Under the pieces are notes generated by a model. It ran no database searches, was not told the origin of the DNA, and was given only the letters and a program-made list of their open reading frames with translations. A program made the translations under genes and the position numbers. Positions 20,441 through 30,781 of a stretch of 64,000 nt of DNA are shown in pieces (the stretch's first letter is position 1; each line of letters opens with the position of its first letter). This DNA comes from Candidatus Hydrogenedentota bacterium (GTDB lineage: Bacteria > Hydrogenedentota > Hydrogenedentia > Hydrogenedentales > SLHB01). The DNA is taken from NCBI GenBank assembly GCA_963668025.2, contig CAXXTH010000017.1, positions 544,001 through 608,000 of the forward strand. The letters are read 5' to 3'.

Positions 20441-21481
20441 ATGGGGATAAACAATCAAATGGACACGACTGTAGTAGAAACACTAAAAGACATAAAGGGA
20501 AAACTAAAAAATCATGCCTATTATAATGAGGAACATACACGAATTAACGTAGTATTACGGCTATTAATGGATCTTGGTTGGAACATATGGGATCCATCTT
20601 TCGTATATCTAGAATATCCTGTCGCAAGAGAAGAGGAGTCAACAAAAGTAGATATTGCTCTATTTATTAACAAGCGCACAGCCATGTTCATCGAGGTAAA
20701 AGCACACAAAAAACTCGTGACCGATATAACCAATGTCGAAAGACAACTCAGAAATTATAACCGAGATAATACAGCGGAAATAACAATCGCAACAGATGGA
20801 CAAAATTGGCGTCTATATTATTCTCAAACAGACGGAAAGTTTGCAGACAAATTATTCCATGAACTTGACCTTCTGAAAGATAAAGAGGACGATATCCATC
20901 TTTGGTTGGATTCCTTTTTGTCATTTGAAGAAATACGTAGTGGAAACGCACTAAAAACGGCCAAAGAATTTCTTGAACGAGAAAGACGGCAGAAGTATTT
21001 GCAGGATTGCTTCCCTGACGCCAAGGAACTCACAATTACAGATCCCAGGCTAAGCGTGTTCCATGCGATGTGCCAGAAATTGAAAGAACGTAATGTTGAG
21101 ATTCCGGAAGATGAAATCATTGAATTCTTAAAAAGCCCCCAAATCAAGCCAGTGTCCTCTGAGGAATTGCGAGTTACAGATGATACTGTTCATGATACAA
21201 GCGTTTCCTCTGTTAGCGCTGGTCACACGAAGACTCATTATGACTGTTCTTTGCCTCCCGACGGCACAAAATGCAAAATTGAGATGAAGGGCAAATCGTA
21301 CACCGGAGTCGTCGTCAATAATAAGAAAATCAAAATTGATGGACAATCCGATCAATATTCATTAAGTGGGGCATCAGAAAAGCTTTACGGTGGACCACAT
21401 AATGGATGGAGAGAATGGGAGTTTTTCATAAACGGTAAATGGATCCTAGCAGAGTCATGGCGAGAAAATCGCAAAAGATAA
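20441..21481 (+). CDS. HsdR_N-type PD-(D/E)xK nuclease fused to a RAMA/DUF4357-like C-terminal domain
   Basis: EEHTR..LGW, VDIAL, FIEVK, QLRNY, TDGQNWRLY; C-terminal SLSGAS..NGWREW; low GC. Confidence 0.72.
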   Translation: MGINNQMDTTVVETLKDIKGKLKNHAYYNEEHTRINVVLRLLMDLGWNIWDPSFVYLEYPVAREEESTKVDIALFINKRTAMFIEVKAHKKLVTDITNVERQLRNYNRDNTAEITIATDGQNWRLYYSQTDGKFADKLFHELDLLKDKEDDIHLWLDSFLSFEEIRSGNALKTAKEFLERERRQKYLQDCFPDAKELTITDPRLSVFHAMCQKLKERNVEIPEDEIIEFLKSPQIKPVSSEELRVTDDTVHDTSVSSVSAGHTKTHYDCSLPPDGTKCKIEMKGKSYTGVVVNNKKIKIDGQSDQYSLSGASEKLYGGPHNGWREWEFFINGKWILAESWRENRKR

Positions 21482-21604
21482 TAAAATATTTATAACATAT
21501 ATATAATGCACATATTTTATTAGTCATTTTGACTCTGAATTACTTAGGTTGAATTTTGGAGAAGTCCTCGATTCTTCTTGCAGAGCACATGAAAGGAATG
21601 ACAA

Positions 21605-22178
21605 ATGTCATGTGAGCCACTAATCTCTGCAATTATTGGCGGTGGACTTGCGGGATTATTCACATTTGGAGGTGTCCGGTTAGCTGAGAAATATAATAGA
21701 AACAGAAAGGCCGAAGACGAAAAAAGGGTAATCGCGGGGCTATTGCATTCCCTTCATGATGAAATTGAAGCAGTTAATTTGCAGTATAGAGAAAGAATGG
21801 GAAAACAGATTGAAGCACTTAAAAAGGGAGAGCCTCTTTTGAGTTTTTTTCCCCGTAGGACAAGATTATTTCACAGTGTTTAATTCAAATGCGTCTCTTA
21901 TTGGGCATATCAACGACAATGAGCTACGTAAACAACTCGTGAAAACATATACTCTAGCAAAAGGATTAATTGACACTTATAGCATGAATAACGAACTAGT
22001 CCTAAAGTATGAGCAGTGGAACTTTATGGCAAGAACCTCTCAAGATCCTACACACACATTATTTGTACAAATTCTACATGATCAGCTTATCAACTATGCT
22101 CTGGCAATAAAAGATTCTCACCAGATTACTCAGATTGCTGTAGATAGCTTACTCAAGAAGTTGAAAGAGCACTTGTGA
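21605..22178 (+). pseudogene. Hypothetical membrane-anchored protein split by a +1 frameshift
   Basis: Removing one base in the T7C4 run (21844-21854) joins both ORFs: ...SFFPVGQDYFTVFNSNASLIG... Confidence 0.65.
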
Positions 22179-22248
22179 GCGGTGGGGCAAGCCCCACCCA
22201 CAAAATTTACGTGTATTTCGTGTATTTAGTGGTCTCGAAATCCGGCTT
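22176..22248 (-). repeat. REP-like family A copy (reverse)
   Basis: TGAGCGGTGGGGCAAGCCCCACCC...GTGTATTTAGTGGTC..AAATCCG, matching the 54250-54310 segment. Confidence 0.7.
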
Positions 22249-22302
22249 TTGGGGGTGCGGCTAAGCAACGCCATGTACTTCGTGGTGAAAATTTCCGGGG
22301 GC

Positions 22303-23636
22303 CTACGGCAGGAATTGCGCCAGCATGTCGCTCGTGATATCGCCCCGGCGGAACCGGTCGCTACGGATAATCCGGGCGCAGAGCTGGGCGGTGGTTTTCA
22401 CCCCTTCCGTGGAGAATTCCTCGAGCGCGCCCGCAAGGCGGTTAATCGCCTCATCGCGGTTGCGCCCATACCCAATGACTTTCGCCAGTAAGGAATCGTA
22501 GTACCGGGGCACGGTGTAGCCCGGGAAAAGATGGCTGTCCACCCGGATGCCCGGCCCTCCCGGGAAGTGGCAGCGCGTCACAAGGCCGGGCGATGGCGCG
22601 AAATTATTATCGGGGTCTTCCGCATACACCCGCGCCTCAATCGCAGCGCCTTTAGGCTCGATAACGCCAAAGCTCAGTTCTTCGCCAGCCGCCACGAAAA
22701 GCTGTTCCTTGACCAGATCATACCCCGTAACCTGCTCCGTTACCGGATGCTCGACCTGGATACGCGCATTAAATTCGATGAAGAAGAAATCGCCATTCTG
22801 CGAGAGGAGAAATTCGGCGGTTCCTGCATTCGTATATCCCATGGCCTTGGCGGCGATAACGGCCGCATCGGACATGCGGGCGCGCAATTCGGGAGAAAGC
22901 CCCGTTGAAGGCGTCTCCTCGATCAGCTTTTGATGGCGGCGCTGGATCGTGCATTCGCGCTCGCCAGGCTTACCACATGGCCATGATTATCGGCGAAAAT
23001 CTGTATCTCGACATGGCGGGAATTCTCAAGGAATTTCTCGAGATAGACCCCTCCATCGCCGAAGGCGGCTTCCGCTTCAGCCGAAGCCATGCTCACGGCG
23101 TTTTGCAGGGCCACTTCGTTGTGGGCGATGCGCATCCCCTTGCCGCCGCCCCCCGCGGAAGCCTTCACCAGCACGGGGAATCCGATCTCGCGGGCCAGGC
23201 GCAAGGCCTCGTCGGGGTCTTTAATCAATCCCTCGCTGCCCGGCACAACCGGCACGCCTGCATTTTTCACCGTCTCGCGGCACATGGATTTGTTGCCGCT
23301 GAGCGAGATGGCTTCCGGCGTAGGCCCGATGAAGCCGATGCCGCATTCGCGGCAAATCTCGGCGAATTTGGCGTTCTCGGAGAGGAAGCCGTAGCCGGGA
23401 TGAATCGCATGCGCGTCGCAGATCTCCGCCGCCGCGATAATGCTCGGCATATGAAGATAGCTGTGCGTGGCGGAAGGCGGGCCAATGCAGATGCTCTCAT
23501 CGGCTAAAGAGGCGTGCAGGCTGTCGCGATCCGCCTCGGAATACACCGCGATGGACGCCGCACCGATCTCGCGGCAGGCGCGAATCACCCGGACAGCGAT
23601 TTCTCCGCGATTGGCTATGAGGATTCGACGGAACAT
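22303..23636 (-). CDS. accC: Acetyl-CoA carboxylase biotin carboxylase subunit (one-base frameshift near 22964)
   Basis: [28 protein letters not shown], then [15 protein letters not shown] and [10 protein letters not shown] in a shifted frame. Confidence 0.93.
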
Positions 23637-23645
23637 GGGGCGGAA

Positions 23646-24161
23646 TCAGCCCTCCTCGATGGGCCGCAAGGCAAAAAGCGGCTGGCCATATTCAACTGGT
23701 TCCGCATTCTCCACAAGCACCTTCACGATGACGCCGCTCATTTTCGCCGTCACTTCGTTCATGAGCTTCATGGCTTCTACGATGCACACAGTCTGGCCTT
23801 CCTCGACGACGCTCCCCACTTCCACGAAGGAGGGTTCGCCGGGGGCGGGCGCGATATAGAATACGCCCACCATCGGGGAATTGATGGTGGCAAGCCCCTC
23901 TTCTTCTTTAGCCGGTTCCGGCGCCACTGGGGCGGATGCCGGCTGGGCAAATCCCAAACCAGGCTGCTGCGCCAAGGCGGAAGAAAACGGCGCTTCATAC
24001 ATCTGGGGTATGGAAGCTCCCATATGAGTATGCGGAGGAAGAACGAATTCCTTGGGGCTCTTTTTAAGCAGAATACGGCTGCCCTTCTCTTCAATTTCTA
24101 TTTCAGAGATATTGGCGGCCTCGAATACTTGAATGATTTCACGCAGTTTATCCAAGTCCAC
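23646..24161 (-). CDS. accB: Biotin carboxyl carrier protein
   Basis: SPMVGVFY and EAMKLMNE biotinylation motif. Confidence 0.95.
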   Translation of the reverse strand: MDLDKLREIIQVFEAANISEIEIEEKGSRILLKKSPKEFVLPPHTHMGASIPQMYEAPFSSALAQQPGLGFAQPASAPVAPEPAKEEEGLATINSPMVGVFYIAPAPGEPSFVEVGSVVEEGQTVCIVEAMKLMNEVTAKMSGVIVKVLVENAEPVEYGQPLFALRPIEEG

Positions 24162-24196
24162 TTATGAGACCTCCCACGACCCGCCGAGAAGGCGCA

Positions 24197-24760
24197 TCAA
24201 CTGCTGACGCGTTCGATATACGCGCTTGTCCGTGTGTCCACCTTGATAGTCTCGCCCTCGTTTACGAAGAGCGGCACTTGGACCGTCACCCCCGTCTCGA
24301 GCGTGGCGGGCTTGGTGCCGCCCGACGCCCGATCTCCTTGTATGCCCGGATCGCATTTAGTGATCTTCAATATGACGGATGCCGGCACGCTCACCTTGAT
24401 GACTTTGTTGTTGTGGAACAACAAGGTGACCTTGTCGTTTTCTTTCATCCAATCCGAGCTATCGCCTATAACGGTGCTGCTGACTTCAATTTGTTCGTAG
24501 GAGTCGGGGTCCATGAAGTGAAACAAATCGCCATCGTAATAAAGATACTGCCAAGAACGTTCTTCGAGCCGGGCTTCTTCCATCTTTTCACCCGAGCGGA
24601 AGGTTTTCTCGAGAACGCGCCCCGTCAACACATTCTTAAAGCGGGTGCGCACAAACGCGCCGCCCTTGCCGGGCTTGACGTGCTGGAATTCGACAATTTC
24701 CATCAAACCGCCGTCCATTTCAACCACTAAACCATTCCGAAAATCTGCTGTCGAGATCAT
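24197..24760 (-). CDS. efp: Elongation factor P
   Basis: HVKPGKGGAFVRT, KPATLETG, VPLFV. Confidence 0.97.
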   Translation of the reverse strand: MISTADFRNGLVVEMDGGLMEIVEFQHVKPGKGGAFVRTRFKNVLTGRVLEKTFRSGEKMEEARLEERSWQYLYYDGDLFHFMDPDSYEQIEVSSTVIGDSSDWMKENDKVTLLFHNNKVIKVSVPASVILKITKCDPGIQGDRASGGTKPATLETGVTVQVPLFVNEGETIKVDTRTSAYIERVSS

Positions 24761-25830
24761 GTGCCAAGTATCCTGAGTTCTCGAGGCGCGCTGCTGAGTA
24801 TAGAGCACCCCTGTTCTGTGATTGCGATGACATCCTCAATGCGAACCCCGCCCCGCCCCGGTATATACACACCCGGCTCGACGGTGACGACCATGCCGGG
24901 CTCGAGTATCGTATCCGAGAACCGGTTGGCGCGGGGCTGCTCGTGGATCTCAATCCCCACGCCATGCCCCAATCCGTGGCCGAAATGGGCCCCCTGGCCT
25001 GCCTCGGATATCAAGCTGCGTGCGATAGCGTCAAATTCCCGGCATCGCATGCCGGGGCGGACGGCTTCAACCGCCATCCGTTGCGCCGCCAGCACAAGAT
25101 GATATGTTTCCTCAAACCACGTGCCGGGGATCGTACCGAATGCATAAGTACGTGTCAAGTCGGAGCAGTAGCCATCAAGCCGGCAGCCAAAATCCACCAG
25201 CACAATATCCCCCCACTCGAGGCTTGCGCTGCCAGGCTCCCCATGCGGCAACGAACTGCGCGCGCCAAATAGCGCAATGGTGGGGAACGATGCCCCTGAA
25301 GCGCCTTTCCGCTGGAAAGCATACTCGAACCGGGCCGCCAGCTCCCGCTCCGTCATGCCTATCTCCACCAGCTCCATGGTGTCGGAGAGGACATCCTCCG
25401 CCAGCTCGAGCGCTTTGCGAATCGATTCGATCTCTTCCGGGGATTTCACCGCACGCATGCTTGATACCAGCCCGGCCTCGGGGCATGCTTCGCCGTGAAG
25501 CTCTTCCTCGAATCTACGAAGCTGGCTTACCAAGAGGTAGTCCGGTTCAAATACGGCGCGCTTCGCCCGGCGCTTGTTGAAGAACGCCGCCACGGCCTTC
25601 ATTTGTTCGCCGGTCACTTCCTCGACCGCCATGCCTTGCACTTGCGCCTGGGCTTGCTCGGTATACCGGGAATCACAAAAAAAACGCGCATCATCCAAGG
25701 TCACGGCCACGGCCGAAGTCGTGCCGCGAAACTCCGTGAGATACTGATTGGCTGGCGGAGCCGCGCTAAAAAAGGCGTCGCACTGCGCCTCCTGCATCCG
25801 CGTGCGCAAGCGTTCTATTCGTTCCAGCAC
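24757..25830 (-). CDS. Xaa-Pro peptidase (M24B)
   Basis: SLPHG, DFGC..YCSDLTRT, HGLGHGVG, VEPGVY, GVRIED; AAGGAGG RBS before GTG 25830. Confidence 0.92.
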   Translation of the reverse strand: MLERIERLRTRMQEAQCDAFFSAAPPANQYLTEFRGTTSAVAVTLDDARFFCDSRYTEQAQAQVQGMAVEEVTGEQMKAVAAFFNKRRAKRAVFEPDYLLVSQLRRFEEELHGEACPEAGLVSSMRAVKSPEEIESIRKALELAEDVLSDTMELVEIGMTERELAARFEYAFQRKGASGASFPTIALFGARSSLPHGEPGSASLEWGDIVLVDFGCRLDGYCSDLTRTYAFGTIPGTWFEETYHLVLAAQRMAVEAVRPGMRCREFDAIARSLISEAGQGAHFGHGLGHGVGIEIHEQPRANRFSDTILEPGMVVTVEPGVYIPGRGGVRIEDVIAITEQGCSILSSAPRELRILGT

Positions 25831-25913
25831 GATGTCCGCCTCCTTACACAAAACAGTTGTTTCCTGCGTAGTATACACCCCACGTACGGCGTCTGTTTCA
25901 TCCACGCAGTGAA

Positions 25914-27170
25914 TTAAAAAACCAAACCTGGCGCTCCATAGTGCTCCATCAGCCAGGTGCGCGCTTCCCCGACCGTGAACACGGACCCCGTGATCACGAA
26001 TGGCAGGCCCGCATGGGCATGGGCCATGCCATAATCCACCGCTTCGCCTAGCCGCTCGAAGCGGCGGTGCGGACGCCCATGCGCCGCCGCGCATAACACA
26101 TCCACCGGCAACGACCTCGAACCGGCATACTGCGTCAACAGCAATTCCGCCGCGTACGGCGCTAATTCGTCTATCATGCGCTCCGCGGCTTTATCGCCCG
26201 ATACAGCCATCATAATAATCGATGGCCCGAGCTGCGGCGCAAGCTGCTGGGCTCCGCTGTAATTATGCGCGACATCCATGATGACGGGCGGCGTTTCAAG
26301 CACGCGCTCGAAACGGCCCGGCCATCGCGCCTGGGACAACCCTTGGGCGATAGCTCCCGCAAGGAGCCGGGGAAACTGCTCCCGGAGCGTTTCCGCCACG
26401 GCCACGGCCACGGCTGCGTTCACGCCTTGATATGCTCCCTGGAGTCCTAGATCAACCGGGCCAATACGCAGACGTTCGCTTTCGTACGTAAAACGGCCAC
26501 CAGCCAGCGCGTAATGAAAATCACGGCCCAGCAGTTTCGCGGGGCTATCCAGGGCGCGCGCCTGTTCAAGAATGACGCCAAGCGGCCCGAGGTGGGTTTC
26601 CGATACCACCACCGGCACGCCGGGCTTAATAATCCCCGCCTTCTCGAAGGCAATCAACTCCAGCGTTTCGCCGAGGTATTGAGTATGCTCCAGGCCGATA
26701 TTCGTAATGGCGGCGCATGCCGGGGTGATCACATTCGTCGAATCGAACCGCCCGCCAAGGCCCACTTCAATGAGGCCCATGTCCACCCGCTGCTCCGCGA
26801 ACCACCGGAAGCACGCCGCCGTGGCGGCTTCAAAAAAAGTAGGATTGGGCTGCATGGGTTCCGCGATGCGGCGGACAAACGCAAGCTGGCGGTCCAGCTC
26901 ATCATCACGGATCGGGGCGGCGTTCAACAAAAAACGCTCGTTCAATGTAATGAGATGGGGGCTGGTGAAGCGCCCCGTCGAGTAGCCAGCGGCGCGGAAT
27001 ATCGCATCGAGCATCGCCACGACGCTGCCCTTGCCGTTGGTGCCCGCCACATGGATGGAAGGAAACGCACGCTGGGGCTCGCCCGCCTGCTCGAGCAGAT
27101 ACCGGATATTGTCCAGCCCGAGTTTTATCCCGAACCGTTCAAGGCTATATAGATATGCCCGCGCATCCAA
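25914..27170 (-). CDS. folC: Folylpolyglutamate synthase/dihydrofolate synthase
   Basis: HVAGTNGKGS, TSPHL, EVGLGGRFDSTN, DVAHN. Confidence 0.95.
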   Translation of the reverse strand: MDARAYLYSLERFGIKLGLDNIRYLLEQAGEPQRAFPSIHVAGTNGKGSVVAMLDAIFRAAGYSTGRFTSPHLITLNERFLLNAAPIRDDELDRQLAFVRRIAEPMQPNPTFFEAATAACFRWFAEQRVDMGLIEVGLGGRFDSTNVITPACAAITNIGLEHTQYLGETLELIAFEKAGIIKPGVPVVVSETHLGPLGVILEQARALDSPAKLLGRDFHYALAGGRFTYESERLRIGPVDLGLQGAYQGVNAAVAVAVAETLREQFPRLLAGAIAQGLSQARWPGRFERVLETPPVIMDVAHNYSGAQQLAPQLGPSIIMMAVSGDKAAERMIDELAPYAAELLLTQYAGSRSLPVDVLCAAAHGRPHRRFERLGEAVDYGMAHAHAGLPFVITGSVFTVGEARTWLMEHYGAPGLVF

Positions 27171-27182
27171 GCTGGAGGCCGT

Positions 27183-28043
27183 TCAATGCCGTTCCCGCGG
27201 GCTTAAATAACGCAGGAGTTTGCCCAGGATAGTGCGGAGTTCCGTACGCGGCACAATCATGTCCACGAATCCGTTTTTAAATTGGTACTCCGCCGATTGA
27301 AAGCCTTCCGGCAGTTTAACTTTGAGAGCGCCTTCAATAAGCCGCGGACCGGCAAAACCCACATGCGCGCCCGGCTCCGCAATGGTGATATCGCCCAGGC
27401 TGGCGAAAGAGGCGTACACGCCCCCTGTCGTGGGATTGGTCAGTACGACGATATACGGTATCGCGGCGTCGTTCATGGCGCGCACGGCGTCGGAAGTCTT
27501 CGCCATTTGCATGAGGCTCAATATGCCTTCTTCCATGCGCGCGCCGCCTGAGGCGGTAATCACAATAAAGGGAATGCGTTCCTGGATGGCGTCTTCAGCA
27601 GCCCGGCAGAATTTTTCACCCAGGGCCGAGCCCATGCTTCCGCCACGAAACGAGAAATCCATCGCACCCAGCACCGTGCGTACGCTATCGATACAAGCGA
27701 AACCCGTCACCAACCCTTCATTCAAGCCCGACTTCTGTTTGCCCTGGAGAATCTTATCCGGATACGAATAGCCGACGGCCTCGATGACAAAGCCTAGGGG
27801 ATCCGCGCTCTCGATGCCGGCATGTGTTTCTTCGAACGTATCCGGATCGGCCAGCCAGGCGATGCGGCGGCGGGCCTTCACGCGGTAATGATATCCGCAT
27901 CCCGTGCAGACCATCTGGTTTTCACGCAAGTCACGATGGAAAATCACTTGCTTGCAGCCATCGCACTTGAGCACCAAGCCGGGAGGCACATTGCTCTTGC
28001 GGCCCACTACCGAAACGAAACGCCTACGACTTAAAAACGCCAT
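27183..28043 (-). CDS. accD: Acetyl-CoA carboxylase carboxyltransferase beta subunit
   Basis: Zinc ribbon CDGC..CTGC, GGSMG, SGGARMEEG, PTTGGV, GFAGPR. Confidence 0.95.
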   Translation of the reverse strand: MAFLSRRRFVSVVGRKSNVPPGLVLKCDGCKQVIFHRDLRENQMVCTGCGYHYRVKARRRIAWLADPDTFEETHAGIESADPLGFVIEAVGYSYPDKILQGKQKSGLNEGLVTGFACIDSVRTVLGAMDFSFRGGSMGSALGEKFCRAAEDAIQERIPFIVITASGGARMEEGILSLMQMAKTSDAVRAMNDAAIPYIVVLTNPTTGGVYASFASLGDITIAEPGAHVGFAGPRLIEGALKVKLPEGFQSAEYQFKNGFVDMIVPRTELRTILGKLLRYLSPRERH

Positions 28044-28065
28044 GGCTGCGTGCTCCTCCCCCTGA

Positions 28066-28779
28066 TTACGCGTCCGCGCTTTCGAGATGGTCTATATCGT
28101 AGAGCAAACGCCCGCAATGATTACAGGCATGAATTTGGCCGGCCAGCACTTCGTTCACCAGTTGGGGAAGCACGCTCATGTTGCATCCAGAGCAATAATC
28201 GCCCCGAAGAGATACCACCGCATGGCCTGTCTTTTTGCTGGTGCGAATCCGATCATACCGGGAAAGCAGCGAGGGGGCCACCGCTTTCACCAGCGGGGCG
28301 CGCTGGTGTTCGAGGGCTTTCCGCGCATCGACAGCCTGCGCCAGTTCTTGGTCGATCATGTCGCATTCCTGGCCGATAGCCACCAGTTCGTTCTTGATGC
28401 GCTTGCGTTCTTCATCGAGCAGCGCCCGCGCTTCATCAATCTCCATCATGAGTGCGATGATGCGTTCTTCTTTTTGGGCGATATGCTTTTTGAGGGTGTC
28501 GATCTCATGCAGGAGGGCTTGGTATTCTTCGTTTTTCTTGATGGCGAGAAGCTGCTTGTCGTATTTAGTGATCTGCGTTTGCATCAGCTCGATATCCGAC
28601 TCGGCGGTGCGCTGTTGCACCTGGAACTCCTTGAGCACTTGCTCACGCTCCTCGAGTTCGGCGTTCAACCGTTTACGCTGCACATCAAATTTATTCTTCT
28701 GCTTTGGGATCTCAAATTCGCGGGCTTTATACGCCTCGATTTTGAGGTCCAGCTCTTGCAGGCGCAGCAACGTTTTCAA
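28066..28779 (-). CDS. Coiled-coil protein with C4 zinc ribbon (DUF164/CT398-like)
   Basis: LLRLQELD, long coiled coil, CSGC..CNHCGRLLY. Confidence 0.88.
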   Translation of the reverse strand: MKTLLRLQELDLKIEAYKAREFEIPKQKNKFDVQRKRLNAELEEREQVLKEFQVQQRTAESDIELMQTQITKYDKQLLAIKKNEEYQALLHEIDTLKKHIAQKEERIIALMMEIDEARALLDEERKRIKNELVAIGQECDMIDQELAQAVDARKALEHQRAPLVKAVAPSLLSRYDRIRTSKKTGHAVVSLRGDYCSGCNMSVLPQLVNEVLAGQIHACNHCGRLLYDIDHLESADA

Positions 28780-28963
28780 GCGGCATATCCTCCCTGGCTC
28801 AGAGACTCGAGGGGCAAGCGTAAACAAACTGGCCTCCCGCCTGGCCCCTATAGCGATTCAAATGAAACAAACCGCACCCCGGACCACAGCCCGCCAGACA
28901 CGGCCAGCCATTATCCACGTTTTAGACCTCTTCCGCAAGCCCGACACGCCTGGGAAGCATGCC

Positions 28964-29443
28964 CTACTTCGGAGAACGGGCGATAGCGACCTTGCCCGTG
29001 CGCACAAGCTCCTCCAGGCCGAAGGGACGCATCATGTCGATAAAGGCGCGCACTTTGCCCGCCGACCCCGTCACTTCGACGGTCATGGCGTTCTTGCCGA
29101 TGTCGATCACTTTCGCGCGGAAGATGTTGGCTACTTCAATAACTTCACTGCGGGAGCCATTGCCTGCGGCCACCTTGACCATGACAAGCTCCCGCTCGAC
29201 ATGATCCTCACTGGTCAGATCCAGCACTTCGATGGTATCCACGAGCTTGTTCAATTGCTTGACGATCTGTTCGAGCACTTGATCATCGCCGCGCACCACC
29301 ACCGTCATGCGGGAAACGGCGGGATCATCCGTTTCCGCTACGCATAAACTGTCAATGTTGTACCCACGGGCGCTAAAAAGCCCCGATACGCGGGCCAGCA
29401 CGCCAAAATGGTTCTCGACGAGAATGCTGATTGTATGCCTCAT
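28964..29443 (-). CDS. ilvN: Acetolactate synthase small regulatory subunit
   Basis: ISILVENHFGVLARVSGLFSARGYNIDSL, KQLNKL, ELVRTG. Confidence 0.95.
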   Translation of the reverse strand: MRHTISILVENHFGVLARVSGLFSARGYNIDSLCVAETDDPAVSRMTVVVRGDDQVLEQIVKQLNKLVDTIEVLDLTSEDHVERELVMVKVAAGNGSRSEVIEVANIFRAKVIDIGKNAMTVEVTGSAGKVRAFIDMMRPFGLEELVRTGKVAIARSPK

Positions 29444-29485
29444 AGCGTTCTCCCCGCTGCCAGGCGGCGCTTCATCGCCTCCCGT

Positions 29486-30085
29486 TCAGCTTGCGCCAGT
29501 GTTAAACCGGTTCATGGCTGCTTCAATGCCTTCAGCCGCATAAACCAGCACCGCATCCGCACTGCGCTGGATCGCCTGCTGGATCTCCGGCTTCTCCTCG
29601 GGGGTGAAAGCGCTGAGCACATGGTCCGTAGCGCCTGCGCCCGGTTCATTGCGCCCAATGCCAATGCGCAGCCGGGGAAATGCATCCGAACCCAGATGCG
29701 CAATGATGGACTTCAACCCGTTGTGGCCGCCTGAACTGCCCTGCATGCGCACGCGAACGCGCCCCACCGGCAAATCCAGATCATCCACAATCACGAGGAT
29801 ATCCTGAAAATCCTCGATCCGGTTGCGCACCGCCTGCGCCACCGCCGCGCCGCTGTTGTTCATGAAGGTGAGCGGTTTTAACAACATCAACCGGCGACCC
29901 GCATGCGGCGCTTCCACAAATAGGCCTCCGAACTTCTCACGCGAAAAATCCACGCCGAGCCCAGAGGCCACTGCATCTAACACCATAAAGCCCACATTAT
30001 GCCGGGTGTTGCGGTATTTCGGGCCAGGATTGCCAAGCCCCACGATCAGCTTTCGGCTTGATGCCGCGCCATTGCCGCCATTCAC
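29486..30085 (-). CDS. pth: Peptidyl-tRNA hydrolase
   Basis: VGLGNPG, TRHNVGF, KPLTFMN, GGHNGLKS. Confidence 0.96.
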   Translation of the reverse strand: MNGGNGAASSRKLIVGLGNPGPKYRNTRHNVGFMVLDAVASGLGVDFSREKFGGLFVEAPHAGRRLMLLKPLTFMNNSGAAVAQAVRNRIEDFQDILVIVDDLDLPVGRVRVRMQGSSGGHNGLKSIIAHLGSDAFPRLRIGIGRNEPGAGATDHVLSAFTPEEKPEIQQAIQRSADAVLVYAAEGIEAAMNRFNTGAS

Positions 30086-30127
30086 GCCGCATGCCTCCCG
30101 TGGACCATCTTCAACAGGCGCGCCAGG

Positions 30128-30757
30128 CTATTCGCCGCCGCCTTCACCTTCTTCGCCTTCTTCACCCGCCGCACTGGACTTCTCTTCCGCCACACGCGGC
30201 GCAAGGACGCCGGCAATCGTGCGCTCGCCATCGGTCACGATAGTGACATTCGGCGGAACCGTGATATCCGACACGTGAAGGTTTTCACCTACGGCCAAAT
30301 GGCTGACATCGACCTGGAATGATTCCGGGATATCGAGGGCCAGGCATTCCACTTCCAATTCACGTAGATGGTGGTCCAGAATTCCGCCATCATTCACCAC
30401 GCCAATCGGGCGGCCCACCAACTCGAGGGGCACCAGCGTAATAATGCGCTCATCCAGCCGGATGCGGATAAAATCGGCATGCAGAAGGCTGCCGCGCACG
30501 GGATGATGTTGGATCGTCTTGAGGAGCGCGGGGCTGCTCAGCTCCGGCTTATCCGTCACATCAAGCTGCACGACCGCTTGCTCACCAGAACGGCGAAGCA
30601 GAAATTTCTCAAATTCGCGCGTATTGATTTCGATGCTCGCGGGTTCTTGGCCCCCGCCGTACAATACAGCCGGCACTGAACCGGTGAGGCGGGTGCGGCC
30701 TGCCGCGCCCTTGCCGCTCGTTTGGCGATTCTTCGCACTTAATACATGCAGTTCCAT
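30128..30757 (-). CDS. rplY: 50S ribosomal protein L25/Ctc
   Basis: GKGAAGR, VPAVLYG, QHHPV..LHADF; canonical prs-rplY-pth order. Confidence 0.95.
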   Translation of the reverse strand: MELHVLSAKNRQTSGKGAAGRTRLTGSVPAVLYGGGQEPASIEINTREFEKFLLRRSGEQAVVQLDVTDKPELSSPALLKTIQHHPVRGSLLHADFIRIRLDERIITLVPLELVGRPIGVVNDGGILDHHLRELEVECLALDIPESFQVDVSHLAVGENLHVSDITVPPNVTIVTDGERTIAGVLAPRVAEEKSSAAGEEGEEGEGGGE

Positions 30758-30781
30758 AGTCGTTTTTTGCCTCCAGCGAGT

